DNA of 61,969 nt, counting the filler, from Globobulimina sp. (lineage: Eukaryota): assembly GCA_003354225.1 (NCBI GenBank). It is 28 parts of 28 records of this genome, joined end to end, with 100 filler letters (N's around TTAATTAATTAA, not from the genome) between each part and the next. Parts side by side here need not be neighbours in the genome. Positions count along the whole stretch, not along the records: positions 24,398 to 26,514 come from PIVH01008857.1; positions 26,615 to 28,731 come from PIVH01008858.1; positions 28,832 to 30,948 come from PIVH01008859.1; positions 31,049 to 33,165 come from PIVH01008860.1; positions 33,266 to 35,382 come from PIVH01008861.1; positions 35,483 to 37,598 come from PIVH01008862.1; positions 37,699 to 39,814 come from PIVH01008863.1; 21 more parts are not named here. One strand, 5' to 3'. The position numbers and the translations under genes are program-made. Numbering within the stretch: position 1 is the first letter of the stretch; each line of letters begins with the position of its first letter. The notes beneath the pieces are model-generated. The model did no database searches and was not told where the DNA came from. It saw only the letters and a list, made by a program, of their open reading frames with translations. Positions 24,701 through 37,963 of the stretch are shown piece after piece.

Positions 24701-26131
24701 ATGGCAGCCACAAATCCTTATTTGGATCAGGACTTATTGTTTTCAATCCAATCAACACAGGAAAAGAAGCAGATCTTTGATGCCAAAAACAAAGGAATAT
24801 CTATTTGTTCCTCTGTCGCATTTAATTGCATGCAATATATATTTAGTTTATTTTATATTGTAATCGGATTCTATTACTTTTCATTTCCTATATTACGAGT
24901 AAAACATAGTAAAATTAAATGGTGGATGGTTGACGCTTATTTCATTTATATGCCTCTGTCTTTAATTAGTGCATGGATAGCAATGGCTTATTCAAATAAA
25001 ACTAAACTAAATCCATTTGATATTCTAAAATTTGCATTAATATTATATTGTCTCTGCATCTTATCACCAATTATAATTCGAACATATATTGTTTATAAAA
25101 TTATTGATACCACCAAAATGTATTTAAGTTACAAACATATCCATAATATTTGTGCATTTGTTTGTGAATCTACCTCAAAAAAAGATAACTGGCAAAGGAT
25201 AATAAGTGTTCATTATTATATATTGAATGATTTCTGGTTTTATTCTCTTAATTCACTGCTTTCACTGTCAACAGATAATAAAAAATATATTAAAGCACAG
25301 TTCATTAAATATAGAATTAACGAGATTTATAAAAAAAATTTCGAATTCAATCAGTTTCGAATAAACAATGAAAAACGAGACAAAACATTGCAAAAAATAT
25401 TAATTTCACAGCAGAAAATATCAAATTATAAGTTTGTTGAATTGGAGCATCAAACAGCTGCAGTTCGTAATATTTCAAACAAAGGGACCAAAGTTGTTGC
25501 ATTGTCTTTTGATTTGGAAATGTTACTGAGATTATATCAGAAAATCGAATATGAATTGAAATACAATGTTTTGTCAAACACACCATTTGGAATGAAGGAT
25601 ATTATTAAAATAAGAAATGAAATATTTCAGCAAAGAAGGTTACTGGTTCTAAAACGACTTAATACTGAACCAACTGTGTTAAATTTTATATTTTCATTGT
25701 TCTATGGATATTCATTGTGGTTTATTGTTACATTCACGTTGATTTTATGGAGCTATGTTTGTTTATATTGGTACATTGCATTGATATTTATTGTGCAGCT
25801 TAGATTGTTGAATGAAATTGTTTTAGCATTTATGGTTGAAATGTTATTGTATCTGATGGGGGTTTTGTGCGTTTTATGTTCGATAAGTAATTGTAGAAAA
25901 ATAATGTTTACAATGAAATATATTTTAGATTTCTATCCATTTGACTCGAAAGGATATCAATTGCAGCAAAATAATGAGCATATATTTACAAATGGCATTA
26001 ATTGTATTTATTACAACTATAAAAATAAGAGTTTTACACCGCATTTGATATTGTATAAATTTGGCAATCTCATTGGTTGGATTATTTTGAATTATATTTA
26101 TCAGAGAACAGATGCTCAGAATATCAAATGA
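24701..26131 (+). CDS. Multi-pass membrane protein of unknown function
   Basis: 476-aa ORF with two clusters of TM helices. Confidence 0.6.
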   Translation: MAATNPYLDQDLLFSIQSTQEKKQIFDAKNKGISICSSVAFNCMQYIFSLFYIVIGFYYFSFPILRVKHSKIKWWMVDAYFIYMPLSLISAWIAMAYSNKTKLNPFDILKFALILYCLCILSPIIIRTYIVYKIIDTTKMYLSYKHIHNICAFVCESTSKKDNWQRIISVHYYILNDFWFYSLNSLLSLSTDNKKYIKAQFIKYRINEIYKKNFEFNQFRINNEKRDKTLQKILISQQKISNYKFVELEHQTAAVRNISNKGTKVVALSFDLEMLLRLYQKIEYELKYNVLSNTPFGMKDIIKIRNEIFQQRRLLVLKRLNTEPTVLNFIFSLFYGYSLWFIVTFTLILWSYVCLYWYIALIFIVQLRLLNEIVLAFMVEMLLYLMGVLCVLCSISNCRKIMFTMKYILDFYPFDSKGYQLQQNNEHIFTNGINCIYYNYKNKSFTPHLILYKFGNLIGWIILNYIYQRTDAQNIK

Positions 26132-26514
26132 GTCCATAATAATGGATAATGACAAGTTCTTTTCTTGTATGACATAGCCAATTTTGTTGGCTTCGCCCGT
26201 CAAAGTATCCACATTGCAAAAAGAGAACAATCCATTCAAGCGATCGCCGTGCAAATCGTAGGAAACATTGCCAGTTAAGCCAACGAAAGAAACTGTGGCC
26301 AATATATCAGCAAAGCGAGCGGTCATATTCGCAGTGGAATAGCCATACTTTTTCATATATTCATCAATAGCCTTGACGACCGTCAATATATTATCATAGG
26401 CATAGCCTGTAAATAAGCCCGGTTCTGCAGTTCCGTACAAAAGTGACCAATTCGCCGCAGAGTATTCCTGCCATCGCCGATAAAATCGAGTGTACATTGC
26501 AATGGATTGGTTGA
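26132..26514 (-). CDS. ANF-receptor/class C GPCR ligand-binding domain fragment
   Basis: YAYDNILTVVKAI...VSFVGLTGNVSYDLHGDR matches the Venus-flytrap C-terminal motif. Confidence 0.7.
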
Positions 26515-26614
26515 NNNNNNNNNNNNNNNNNNNNNNNNNNNNNNNNNNNNNNNNNNNNTTAATTAATTAANNNNNNNNNNNNNNNNNNNNNNNNNNNNNN
26601 NNNNNNNNNNNNNN

Positions 26615-28731
26615 ACATTATTATCAACATTATTCAGTCCAAATTCAAAATTGGTTACATCCACATTGCCATCATTTGTGCCATAAACTTGTAGAATATC
26701 TTGTGCAGTGTTTTCAATTATTTTGACATTAAACAAAGATAAGGATTTAATATCATTCATATTCAACGTAGATTGGGATGCATCATTATGTTAAAACAAT
26801 GTATCATTCATAACAACAGATTCAACTCCATTTATATTGATTAATGTTTCAAATCCATCATTATCATTGATCTCTGTATTAGTTATTGTTACATCACCAT
26901 TCAGCAAGAAATATAACAGACCCATTCCATTCTCATTGTTAATAAATACAGTATCTGATATTCGCAAATCCGTAAAATTATTTGCATGGATCATCATATC
27001 ATTGTTTCCAATCTCATCATTTGTATTATCTCTAATTTCGGTATCTTCAAATATTATATTCCCAGTTCCTTTTCCATTCACCGCAAAAAGTGAATTTGCA
27101 TAATTATCTGCAATATGCGTTGATGATATTAATACAGAGCTAATTCCCGTGATATCCACCAACGTTCCAATGCTTTGTGTTGTATTGCTTACCGTATCAT
27201 AATTATTTGTAAGATTCGTGGATTGAATAAGAAAATTTCCGTTACTGCCTTCTATTTCGATCATGCTAACACTAATATCGTTTTGTTCCATATTACAATC
27301 TGTAAATTGTGTGTCTCCAACAACTGTTGCTTTAAATAAATAGTCGCCATTATTATTCACAACATTGCAATCCGTCACGTTTACATCAATAAAAGAGTCA
27401 AACAATATTAGTATATCGGCATCACTCTGCAGTGAATCACCAAAATTATTATGTTCAAATATGAAATTATTAGCTAGCACATCACCGTTATCATCGCCAT
27501 ATATTAATAAGATATTCTGTGCGGTGTTATTATTAATTACCACATCGTTCAACAGCAACGAATCAACGCCATCAACATTTATCATGCTTCCATCCGGTCC
27601 ATCATTACCAATAAATACACTATTTTCGATTTCAAAGTCGCCATTCAGTGCAGAATGAAATAATCCCAATGATTCATCATTATTTATAAAATCTGAATTA
27701 ATAATTTTTGCATTCAAAAAATAAGGAACAAGAATCAAAACATCATTGCTTAATGGACCATTATTGGCATTGTGCATTATTTTGCTATTTTCAATGGTTA
27801 GGTTTCCCGTTCCTGTTCCAATTATTTTGAAATAATTTGTGGCTGTGTTATTTTCTATATTCACATTGGACAACAACATATTTTTAACATTCATAACTGT
27901 TGCAATCGAATGCATGCTTTTTGTGGTCGAGTTTAACGTATTTGAGTTTTGTGTGATATTACAATTTTGTAAAGAAAATTCGCTCAAACTATTTGTTTGT
28001 GTGATATTCATAATCAATTTATCGATATCATTCTGATAAATGTCGCAAGCATCAAATGAAACATTACCAGTTACAAATACATTAAATAAATAATCTCCAT
28101 CATTCATTCCAACATTGCAATCATTTACATTCAAATCAATAAAATTATCAAATTGTATTAGCATTTCTCCATCGAACAATACATTATCAATATTATTTCT
28201 TTTATACTCCAAATTTTGGACAATAACATCTCCGGAACCGGTACCTCCAAATAATATGCCATCTTTTCCTGTATTATCATTGACAATGACTGAGGAGAGA
28301 GATAAGGCGGCGATGCCATCGATATTAACAACAGAGTCACTGAGTGTGTTGCCAATAAATGAAGAATTTGCCACTTGCAAATCATTGGAAATTGTTGATG
28401 TCAATAAATTAATGCCTTGCTTGTTTTCATCAAATCTGCAATTCTCAATTCTTCCATTTATAAAACCATCCACAACCATCAATATACGATTCGTGTCCGC
28501 CCCATCAACATTTGTGTTGTTTAATACATTCACGGCATCAAATACAAAATCTCCACTGTTCCGCCCATTAAATATCAGATAATTTGCGGCAAAATTATCA
28601 GATATAAACGTGGAGGTTAATGTGACGGATTTAATATATGTTATATTGATCAATGAAGCGGTGGAATGCGATATAAGTCCGTTTAAATTGCGATTACGTG
28701 TAATATTTGACGATGTAAATGAAAAATCACC
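26615..28731 (-). CDS. Large Asn/Asp-rich parallel beta-helix repeat protein (internal fragment; in-frame TAA at 26791)
   Basis: Repeating IxNSxFxxN units; internal repeat of roughly 250 aa (FIDLNVNDCNVGMNDGDYLF / FIDVNVTDCNVVNNNGDYLF). Confidence 0.7.
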
Positions 28732-28831
28732 NNNNNNNNNNNNNNNNNNNNNNNNNNNNNNNNNNNNNNNNNNNNTTAATTAATTAANNNNNNNNNNNNN
28801 NNNNNNNNNNNNNNNNNNNNNNNNNNNNNNN

Positions 28832-30948
28832 TGGCCAACGAAAATTTCAGTGATGAGCAGTGCCAGGACCCGGAATTGTATAACATCATAGCTGCTTTTC
28901 AGCAAGGTAAACCAAGCAAAATTTTTGGCAAGAAACATGACAAGTTTATTATTATCAACAAATGCTTATATTATTGCCCGGTGCATCAACGGCCGCGTCT
29001 AGTAGTCCCTGACCACTTGATTCAAAGAATTTTAGTTAATTTGCATACAGCGGATCAAGCAGGACATGCTGGAGTTACACAAATAATGAAACAGCTACGC
29101 AAACGATATTATTGGCATAAGATGAATATAGCAGTAGAACAATTCGTAGAAGCATGCGAGCAGTGCCAAAAGTGCAGAGTCGATCAAAATCCGCACAGAG
29201 AAGAAAAAGGGCAGTATCCTCAAGCAACAGGACCATTTTCGAATATACACATTGATTTGATTGGTCCAATTTATGATCCTAGAAGCCCATACAGGTACAT
29301 ATTCCATGCTATCGATCGCTATACTCGCTTTACTTATGCAACGCCATTGCAAGTAGCATCAGCCAAAGAATGTGTAGCAGCATATTACAGAACCATCCTT
29401 ATGGAACATGGACCACCAGCCGTTGTTGTGACTGATAATGGACCTTGCTTCAGAGCAGCTGAATTCAGAGAGGCGATAGAAGCCGAAGGTACGGTGCACA
29501 ATTTTTCACCGGCATACTCGCCGGCTACAAATGGTATCATCGAGAGGGCAAACCGTACATTGAATCAGATCATCAAAAGAGCCAAAGAAGCTGATAATGA
29601 CATCATATGGAGTGAATATCTACCGTATGGAGTGAAAGCGATGCGTAATACCATTCACTCAACTACTGGACAGTCACCATACAATTTGGTTTATGGCCGT
29701 GATTCAGCCAGTGCAGCCGATGCTAATCTGCACCTGCGACAGGTATATTCAAATATGAGTGCTAATGACGAACGCAGAGCACACTGGAGACACAGTAGAC
29801 AAATGGGCGAAGCAGCGCAGATTGTAATACAAGCGGAGACAAACCGATTTTTGGAAAAAGCTAATGAGAAGGTAAAACCTTTGGACATCAGCGAAGGTGT
29901 ATTAGTTTATGTGTGGTCTCCAGTCCTGGGGAAGCATGAGAGGAAAAAGTACCATGTTTTCTGGAAGGGACCGTACCGTATATTATCGATTGAAAATACT
30001 ACAGTAACCCTGCAGAGACACACACAACCTCATGGACCAGTATTACATCGTCACAAGAACCATTTGCGCATATATCATGAGCCAAATATCATCACGAAAG
30101 AATTACTGATGCCATTGCCAAATATGGACGATGATCCCAAGAATGTTGATCCAGAATTAGATCCAATGGTATACACATGGGAAAGCTATATGGCAGATGA
30201 ACTGCTGGAGCAAACGTTTGAGGACCATGTATGGCTAGAAGAGGTAGAGGCAAGTCAACCATGTATTACAGAGACAATAGAACGAAGAAAAGAACCGTCG
30301 ATGCCACAAATTCCTGAAATCGATCCAGAAATATCCATACAAGAGGAGCCAGAAATACAGGAGGAACAACAACAGGTATATATTGATGATATAATACAGG
30401 AAAATCTTAGTATTTCAGGTACTCAGGAACCAGAAAATGACAGCGAACCGGGACCGGGAATTGACGTGTCAATCGAGCAACCATTGACACACCCGGGAAC
30501 GAGTAGTGCAACACAGGGGCTAGAACTGGAAGCATCGAGCGATGAAAGTGCCGATGACGAACCCGTAACCAGTTCAGCACCAATTGAAACTGTGGTAGCT
30601 ACTCGTAAACCGGAAGTGACATCGAAGAAAAAACGAACCCAAGAGAAAGAACAAATTAAAAGAAAAGCAATCCAAGATATACAGAAATTGCATAATGAAT
30701 ACTGTGCACCAAAATATAAAATCGACCTGAGATACGAAAATGCATGGCCATGTATTGTGACTGATTACAAAGATGCCATATTTTTATATCCACAAACAAG
30801 AGAAGAGAAAAATCGGAGATGGACCTATACAAAGAGAATAAAGCAGACAGCTAATTTTACTGCACAATGTTTGGAATGGACTTTCGGAGCTTATGGAGGG
30901 AAAGAAAGTAAATTAGCTGCTGCGGCATTATCAGTATTTTTTATGGAA
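28832..30948 (+). mobile_element. Ty3/Gypsy LTR retrotransposon pol fragment (integrase)
   Basis: H2C2 finger (LH..QAGHAG...CEQC), DDE core (IHIDLIG, VTDNG, NGIIERANRTL), GPY/F motif WKGPYRI; no stops across the contig. Confidence 0.93.
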
Positions 30949-31823
30949 NNNNNNNNNNNNNNNNNNNNNNNNNNNNNNNNNNNNNNNNNNNNTTAATTAA
31001 TTAANNNNNNNNNNNNNNNNNNNNNNNNNNNNNNNNNNNNNNNNNNNNCCATATCCATTCTTACCAACACACCACATTGTAGTTTCTGACCTCAAATAAA
31101 AACAATACTGTTGAAAAAAAACAATATTTAGGGAACATGGGGCAAAGTTGCTTTTCTCTTTTCAAAGAATTTGATGATCACGATTTTGAATTAACAGACG
31201 AAGAGAAAAAAGAATTGAGAAAGTCCAAGAGACGCAAACTCAGCTTAATTCGTGAAGGTATACATTGATTATTCATATGTTTCAGCTTTGTGTTTGTGTT
31301 GATCGATACAAAGGGCCCAAGGGATATGAAGTTTAATTAATTCTTTAAAACCCATATATTTAGCACATTTAACATGAAATACATTAAATTTACATAGAAA
31401 TTGCACAGAAACAATACAAATGTGCAAAAGCATGCAGAGCAACAATTATTAGATGGAAATAATGACGGCGGTGATGTATCAATTAAACGAACAAACACAG
31501 ATTTTTCTAATCCTAATCTGTTTTCTTATCAATAATACTATGTCAACAAAAACCAATCAATATGTATAATTTATTTATATTCTAAAGAAATATTAATCGT
31601 TTTGTGATGACGAGCATAGAAACACACGCACAGCAACAGTAACACTGTAATATTTCCTATTGTTGTGAACTTGTGATAGATTTTATAAACAACACTCCAA
31701 TCAATCTCTAGTGTTTTAAACAATGTATAAAAATAATTATGCAACAATAGCAAACAATTTGCTGTGTCTTATCTTATCAGATATTTAGTTTGTTTTTGCA
31801 AACGTAAACCTAAAAACGTCCGT

Positions 31824-32608
31824 TTATTTTCTCAATATCCGTTTCAATTTTCTATTTTTTTGAGTAAACTTCATCTGCAAATCCTCCATCTCGTTTTGAA
31901 CCTCTTCGATCATTTCATTTTGGATTTTCACTTCTTTCCCAATATCCGCAGACATACCCAATAACTCATCCAAATAATTGTCAATTTGTTGCAATTTTTG
32001 TTGTTGTTGCACTTTTTTTAAGTCACTCGTTGCTGTTTTATTCCATTTTTTTGCAACCACAACATCATCATTCGGTTTCTTTTTCATATTGTTTGGTTTA
32101 ACTGGCACAACTTTATCGGTATCCATTCCATTGTAATCATGTTGCTGCCGTTTCCCACGCATCCAATTCTAAAAGAGATAAGAATTTAAAATGAGAAAAA
32201 ATCCGTAATTAAATAGTACAAACAACACTTAACAAAAATTCCTTTTTTCCATGATTCAATTGTTTGTATGCTGCGTTCTGATGCTTTTATCACATCATTG
32301 GTTTGATGCACATTTTTATGTATTTTCTTGATTTGATGGCGTTGGTCATTTAATATGTGGCACATATCCGCTCCAGTCTTGGCAGTTTCAGTTGTCAGCG
32401 CCAACGAATTATCCAAACTCACATCGATAGCTACATTCAAATCATCACAATATTCTAATACTTTTTGATTGGCAAAGTTTTGATCTTGTTGTTTGTACTT
32501 TGAATCCACCACATAATCATTCACTTTTTTATTCTGTTTGCGCATTATTTCACGCCGTCTTTGTCGCTCTGCTTTTAATTGATCGGAAAACTTCGGATCT
32601 GTTGCCAT
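31824..32608 (-). CDS. SNAP25-like Qbc-SNARE; intron 32169-32233
   Basis: Qb (GADMCHILNDQRHQIKKI...SERSIQTIESW) and Qc (IDNYLDELLGMSADIGKEVKIQNEMIEEV) heptads. Confidence 0.78.
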
Positions 32609-32699
32609 GTTTAAAAAAACTTAATTATGCACGGAACAAACAATTGTGAGTTAGTGTTGCAGCTGAAATTTGAAGAGCAGATTATAGATTATTATGAAT

Positions 32700-33165
32700 T
32701 TATGATTTATGGTTCTGATTTAGAATTGTTCGCAATCTTTTATTTTTTTGTTGAAAATCTTTATCCAAATCATTCATTTTATGTTGACATTCTTCTATCA
32801 TTTTATTTTGTATCTCCATCTCGTGTCCCATTGCATTGGCTTCGTCATATAAACTGTCCAAATCATTATCAATCTGTTTCAGTTTTTCTTTTTGTTTCTG
32901 TTTTCGTTTTTTGGTAGTTGCGATTTTCGCAAATTTTTCTTCCACCTTATTTTGTATGTTGTTGCCTCTTTTTTTATCTCTGATTTTTATCTTTTTATCA
33001 GATTTCATTCCGACATATTTTCGTCTTTTTATAGGCCCATTCAACCAATTTACAGCCCCTCCAATCCAATGCTCAACAGTTTGCAGAGAGATACCAGAAT
33101 CGTTTAAATGTTCATCTGTTGTGTGCATATTTTTATGTATGTTCTTGATTTGACTTCTTTGATCA
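32700..33165 (-). CDS. Second SNAP25-like SNARE paralogue (5' truncated)
   Basis: IDNDLDSLYDEANAMGHEMEIQNKMIEE...KNKRLRTIL aligns with the neighbouring copy. Confidence 0.75.
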
Positions 33166-33265
33166 NNNNNNNNNNNNNNNNNNNNNNNNNNNNNNNNNNN
33201 NNNNNNNNNTTAATTAATTAANNNNNNNNNNNNNNNNNNNNNNNNNNNNNNNNNNNNNNNNNNNN

Positions 33266-34400
33266 CCACGAAAGGAAACAAAATGGCGAATCTGGTCAGG
33301 TTTGTTAAGACGTCGAGTTTAACCAAAAAGTTATCCAATAAGCTAATCAATGACATGTCGGCGATTTGGCGCAGCGAAATCAAGCCTGGAAATGCACGCA
33401 CATTTAATTAACACGTCGGCCTTCTTTCGTTTGTTCGACAATGCGGCTCAGGACGAGGCCAAAAGAGTGAGCCAACAGTTCCGGTCCACGGACATCAACG
33501 ATTTTAGAGATGTGACTGCATCGCCAACAATTTTGAGTGACTCGCAGTATATCTCCGACTTCTCCTTTATCGGCGAGTTGGTATAGGAGATGCGGCCGGA
33601 AACAGCGTTTGACGGCGAGTTCATTGCCAATGTGGCGGAACCAGTGAATTTTTGGGCCATTATTAAGTCGGGTTCGGTGGTCGGCATTTCTGCCATTGAC
33701 TCGTCGTTGGAGCTGATGCTGTGGGGCAACGGCGACAGCTTAGGCGAAGTGGGCATCTTTTTGACGCAGCAGTGGCCGTGGAACATGCGGTGCGTCCAAG
33801 ACACTGCGTATTTCACCGTGTCTACCTTCACCGCTCCGTGTCGAGGAAATTGGTAAAATTGGCTGGACAGAGGATTGAGCGCATCGTGAAAATCAAGAAG
33901 AAATTGCGAAATATACAAGAAAATAAAATAAGGAAATCTTTCAGTCGAACAGCAAAGCAATTCACCGAAGACAAAGCAAAATTGCATTATAGACTGCAAA
34001 ACTTAATCAATTATAAAAAAGATGAAAGAAAAGACACAGCGAATGATGCTTCATTCATTTATTAATGGCGATTGCTGCATGTCTCAGATTGCCAAAAAAA
34101 TACGAGATATGATGGAGAATGACCCACTTAAAGGAACAGCCAAAGGGAGATGGAAAATGCTGCGATTATACGTTTTTCACTTAATCCAAACCACCAAATC
34201 AAAGAGAGACAAATTCCGAATCAATTTCCAATTAAGAAGTTACGCAAATCGCTATGCAAGTTAAGAGGTTCCAAGATGCATTGGATGAGATTCAACGCGA
34301 TATGATAGTGTGGAAACAGGGCATGACATTCAAAGCAAACCGATCCAACAGATGTGTGATTGAACTGTCGATACAAAAGTGTTGGGGATCAACGTACTAA
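33266..34400 (+). pseudogene. Disrupted cyclic-nucleotide-binding domain gene (likely CNBD ion-channel C-terminus)
   Basis: FIGELV*EMRPE...GEFI...IIKSGSV...GDSLGEVGIF...MRCVQDT; in-frame TAG at 33584 and several frameshifts. Confidence 0.6.
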
Positions 34401-34491
34401 AAATAATGTATCGCAAAAGAAACGTTAATTCAAATTACAAGAAATTATTACCGTATAAATACTAAAAACAAAAACAATTAAATTTATTACA

Positions 34492-35382
34492 TTATATTTT
34501 GGATTTTCTGTTGAAACCCATATTCACAATCATTGCAAACAGTTGTTGCAATGTTAATTCTTTTTTCATTTTATCATAATTACAGCAGAATAATGTCATT
34601 TCACTTTTTTTATTGACTCTATTCAATACATCGTCGGCATTGAAATTTTGTTTAAACCATTGATCATCTTCAAATTTATCTTTCAAACATTGATGTACAT
34701 TTAATCTTGACGAAACTTCTGAATACTCTTTAAAACCTCTGGCAATCATATCGTGAACGTGAACTGTTGCAGGATGCAATAATATGCAAAAATAGCCTTT
34801 AATGTTCTCTACACCAAAAATTAATGAGGCAGTCAATGGAGCACTGAATAATAATAAGTTTTTGTTGACTTTGTCTGGTCTCGCTGCAGCATTTGCAGAA
34901 TAAACAATGTCACCATGTTTGAGTTGAGAATGTCTCTGTGAAATATTGTGTTGATACCACCTATCATTCAATATAAATTCTTTTGTAATTTTATTCCACG
35001 CTTCAATTTTAAATGGTAATTGCCCGATCGGATTTTGGATTTGAGTGTGTAGAGCGTGCATATCTCCGCTAATGAGTTGAACATAACAGACATCATCGTT
35101 TCTATCCAATGCAACCCACGATGTCTTTCCATGAATAGCTGTTTCTATTCTTGATTTCGCAGTTGTTATGTAATCTTTAGGTAAAATATGAAATGCTTTT
35201 GATATTGTGCTTCCTCCTGAATATGAAAACTGATTCACCAATATATCAAATGCTTCCTCTCTGTGACTTTCATTTAAAATTTGAAACTTGTATTCACTTA
35301 ATCCAATTTTATGTTTTGTTGATAAAAAAAAATCGGAATTAGTCAATATCATAAAACTTTTCTCAAATTGTTTTGCCAAATT
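34492..35382 (-). CDS. GNAT-like (AANAT-like) acetyltransferase-fold protein
   Basis: REEAFDILVNQF, SWVALD and AAARPDKVNKNL resemble GNAT motifs. Confidence 0.45.
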   Translation of the reverse strand, partial: NLAKQFEKSFMILTNSDFFLSTKHKIGLSEYKFQILNESHREEAFDILVNQFSYSGGSTISKAFHILPKDYITTAKSRIETAIHGKTSWVALDRNDDVCYVQLISGDMHALHTQIQNPIGQLPFKIEAWNKITKEFILNDRWYQHNISQRHSQLKHGDIVYSANAAARPDKVNKNLLLFSAPLTASLIFGVENIKGYFCILLHPATVHVHDMIARGFKEYSEVSSRLNVHQCLKDKFEDDQWFKQNFNADDVLNRVNKKSEMTLFCCNYDKMKKELTLQQLFAMIVNMGFNRKSKI

Positions 35383-35482
35383 NNNNNNNNNNNNNNNNNN
35401 NNNNNNNNNNNNNNNNNNNNNNNNNNTTAATTAATTAANNNNNNNNNNNNNNNNNNNNNNNNNNNNNNNNNNNNNNNNNNNN

Positions 35483-36583
35483 CTGAGCCCCAAACTCTCG
35501 CAAAGATAAACCAAGGTCAATATGTCTTTCTGGAAGCAACTGCCGCCGAAACCGACCGAAGCATTCAGGAATTTGTTGCCGATGCGCTGGTCCATGCCGA
35601 TGGCGGTCGCGACTTCGTCCACAGCGGCGCCCGTCTTCTCGCACAACGCAGAGATGGAGTTTATCGAAGAGACCCTCTGCGCCAAGAAGGCGTTCGCCAC
35701 CAATTTGGACAACTCGGCGCTCCACAGGTTCGTTGTCAAAATGCGCTGCGACGGCACCCAATGTTTGTAAATCCACACTAATTTCTCCATGGCGGCGGCT
35801 TCCAATTTGGCGTTCTTTGAGCCGCCGTACGTGTTCCCTCCAATCAATACGCGACCCGGTTGGGACAAGTCGCGAATGGCGGTCCCTTCGGCGAGGAATT
35901 CCGGATTCGACAAGACCGAGAAACAAATGCCACGCTCGTTTGCGTGCAAGACGCGTAACATGGAATGGGCAGTGCGCACCGGCAACGTCGACTTCTCGAT
36001 CACGATTTTGCTGCCATTCGCCACAGACGCTATGTGACGCGCTGCTAACTCCCAATTCTTTAGATCTGCAGCTTTACCGTCACCGATGCCGTACTGAAAA
36101 TTTAATTATTTTAGTTTATTGTATGTTGGGATATGATATGATGTGTTTTGTTTTTTGTGATGTGCATGTTCTGTGCCTAACTTTTTTGGTCGGCGTGTTG
36201 ACAGAAACGAATATCATTTCAGCATCGATGATTGCTTGCGTCACATCCGAAGTGAAGAATAAATTGCGGCCACGACATGCTTTAATCACTTCATCCAAAC
36301 CGGGCTCATAAATTGGTAGTTTGTCACTGTTCCATCGTTCAATTTGTTTCGGATTAATATCGGCTACGATCACTTTTACCGAGGGACATTTCAATGCAAT
36401 CATACCCATAGTGGGGCCGCCCACATATCCCGCACCGAGACAGGCGATCACGTACTCGAATTTACGGTCTTTGTCTATTTCAGCGGTGGTGATGTGTTGT
36501 TTTTTTTGTTCGAATTCTGTTTCTGTTTGCTTCTGTTTGGTTGATGTGGTTGTGTTTGTGTCTGTGCTTGTTGAGGATGACAT
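35483..36583 (-). CDS. UGDH: UDP-glucose 6-dehydrogenase (3' truncated); intron 36094-36181
   Basis: [76 protein letters not shown]. Confidence 0.97.
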
Positions 36584-37358
36584 GTTCAGTGGACTTTGTT
36601 TTTAGATAGGAAGTGTGCACTTTTTTCAGTTTTTCTGAGAACTAGCTCACTTCGTGAAAATCTTAAAATCGGTGTTATCACTTTTGTCATTTGCAAATTA
36701 CAATGGTGACATTGCAAGTGTTTCAAAGTTATATATTGTTTGTATTATCATTCCATTTTATTTTTTACATTGTATGTGTGCTTTATTTTTAGCTGGATTG
36801 TTTATCAAAACGTTTTCAATTTTATCCTCTCTGAAGAAGACGTCCTTTATGGCGTCGAAACGTTAGACATTGTAAATTTAGATAGTTTCGGCCGAATCCT
36901 TCATAGCATACAATATACAATATCACGCATCTACATTTTAATCGATGGTCTTATTGATGTATATTATAAGTAAGTCATGTCCCATAAAACTATTCAAAAA
37001 ATGATATTAATAAATACTTGATATATACAATTATTATAATTTTTATACGCCTACAGAATGGGTGCTATTTAATTATTAGAATATTGTACTACTGTTTGTC
37101 AGCTTTTTGGCAAACTTTGTGTTGTTCAAATGAACTGGTTTCAGTTCCCATTCACTGCAGACACATCCACTTCAGTCACAACTATTGAGCTAATTTATTG
37201 TGGTGAGCGATTAGCGCCCAAAGTTGAAGTCCGATCACCACAATGACTGCAGTGTTTGAGCTTAGTCATCGTTTTTTCTAATTTTATATTTCTATTTTTA
37301 GAAGTGACTAAAAATACGATTAGAATTGTGATAGCAAACCCCTTTAATTCATCTTACC

Positions 37359-37592
37359 ATGGTTAAAAATAAAAAGTATGGAAAAAATGAAACGATACGA
37401 CAAAAAGAATTGGAACAGGAACTCTGTCAGCTTTTAGAACATGTAGAAAATACCAGCAAAGTGAATGATGTGAAAAGCAAGAAAATAAGCCAACTCACAG
37501 AAGAAATAATGTTATTGAAAAGAGAAATGATTGAGAAAGAAACGAATGTTTCATCAATAGTTTATGAGATGAACCTGAAATGCAGCAAATAA
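37359..37592 (+). CDS. Short coiled-coil ORF
   Basis: 77-aa heptad-rich ORF near the contig end. Confidence 0.3.
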   Translation: MVKNKKYGKNETIRQKELEQELCQLLEHVENTSKVNDVKSKKISQLTEEIMLLKREMIEKETNVSSIVYEMNLKCSK

Positions 37593-37963
37593 GCATACNN
37601 NNNNNNNNNNNNNNNNNNNNNNNNNNNNNNNNNNNNNNNNNNTTAATTAATTAANNNNNNNNNNNNNNNNNNNNNNNNNNNNNNNNNNNNNNNNNNNNAT
37701 TGAAGGAGGAGAATTCGAAGGGGACAGAGATTTAATGTGTTTGTTGGTAATGAGGCTACTAAATCACCCTTCATTGATGCCATATCTTCATTCATTCTGT
37801 TTACATAAGTCATTGATGCCAATTGGTGTAATTTCCACTTTAGTAACGTGACGGGATCGTTATTGTAAATGTGCAAACAAACAAAAACTTCACTAAAGAG
37901 GTGAAGGATAAATGAAATTACAGTATATACATCAACATATTTTAAAAAAAATTATTATATTTC

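Noticed and set aside
25925..26131. Genuine 207-nt antisense overlap of two CDSs
   Set aside because: ANF-like similarity ends near 26130; the remainder is chance read-through or a chimeric junction
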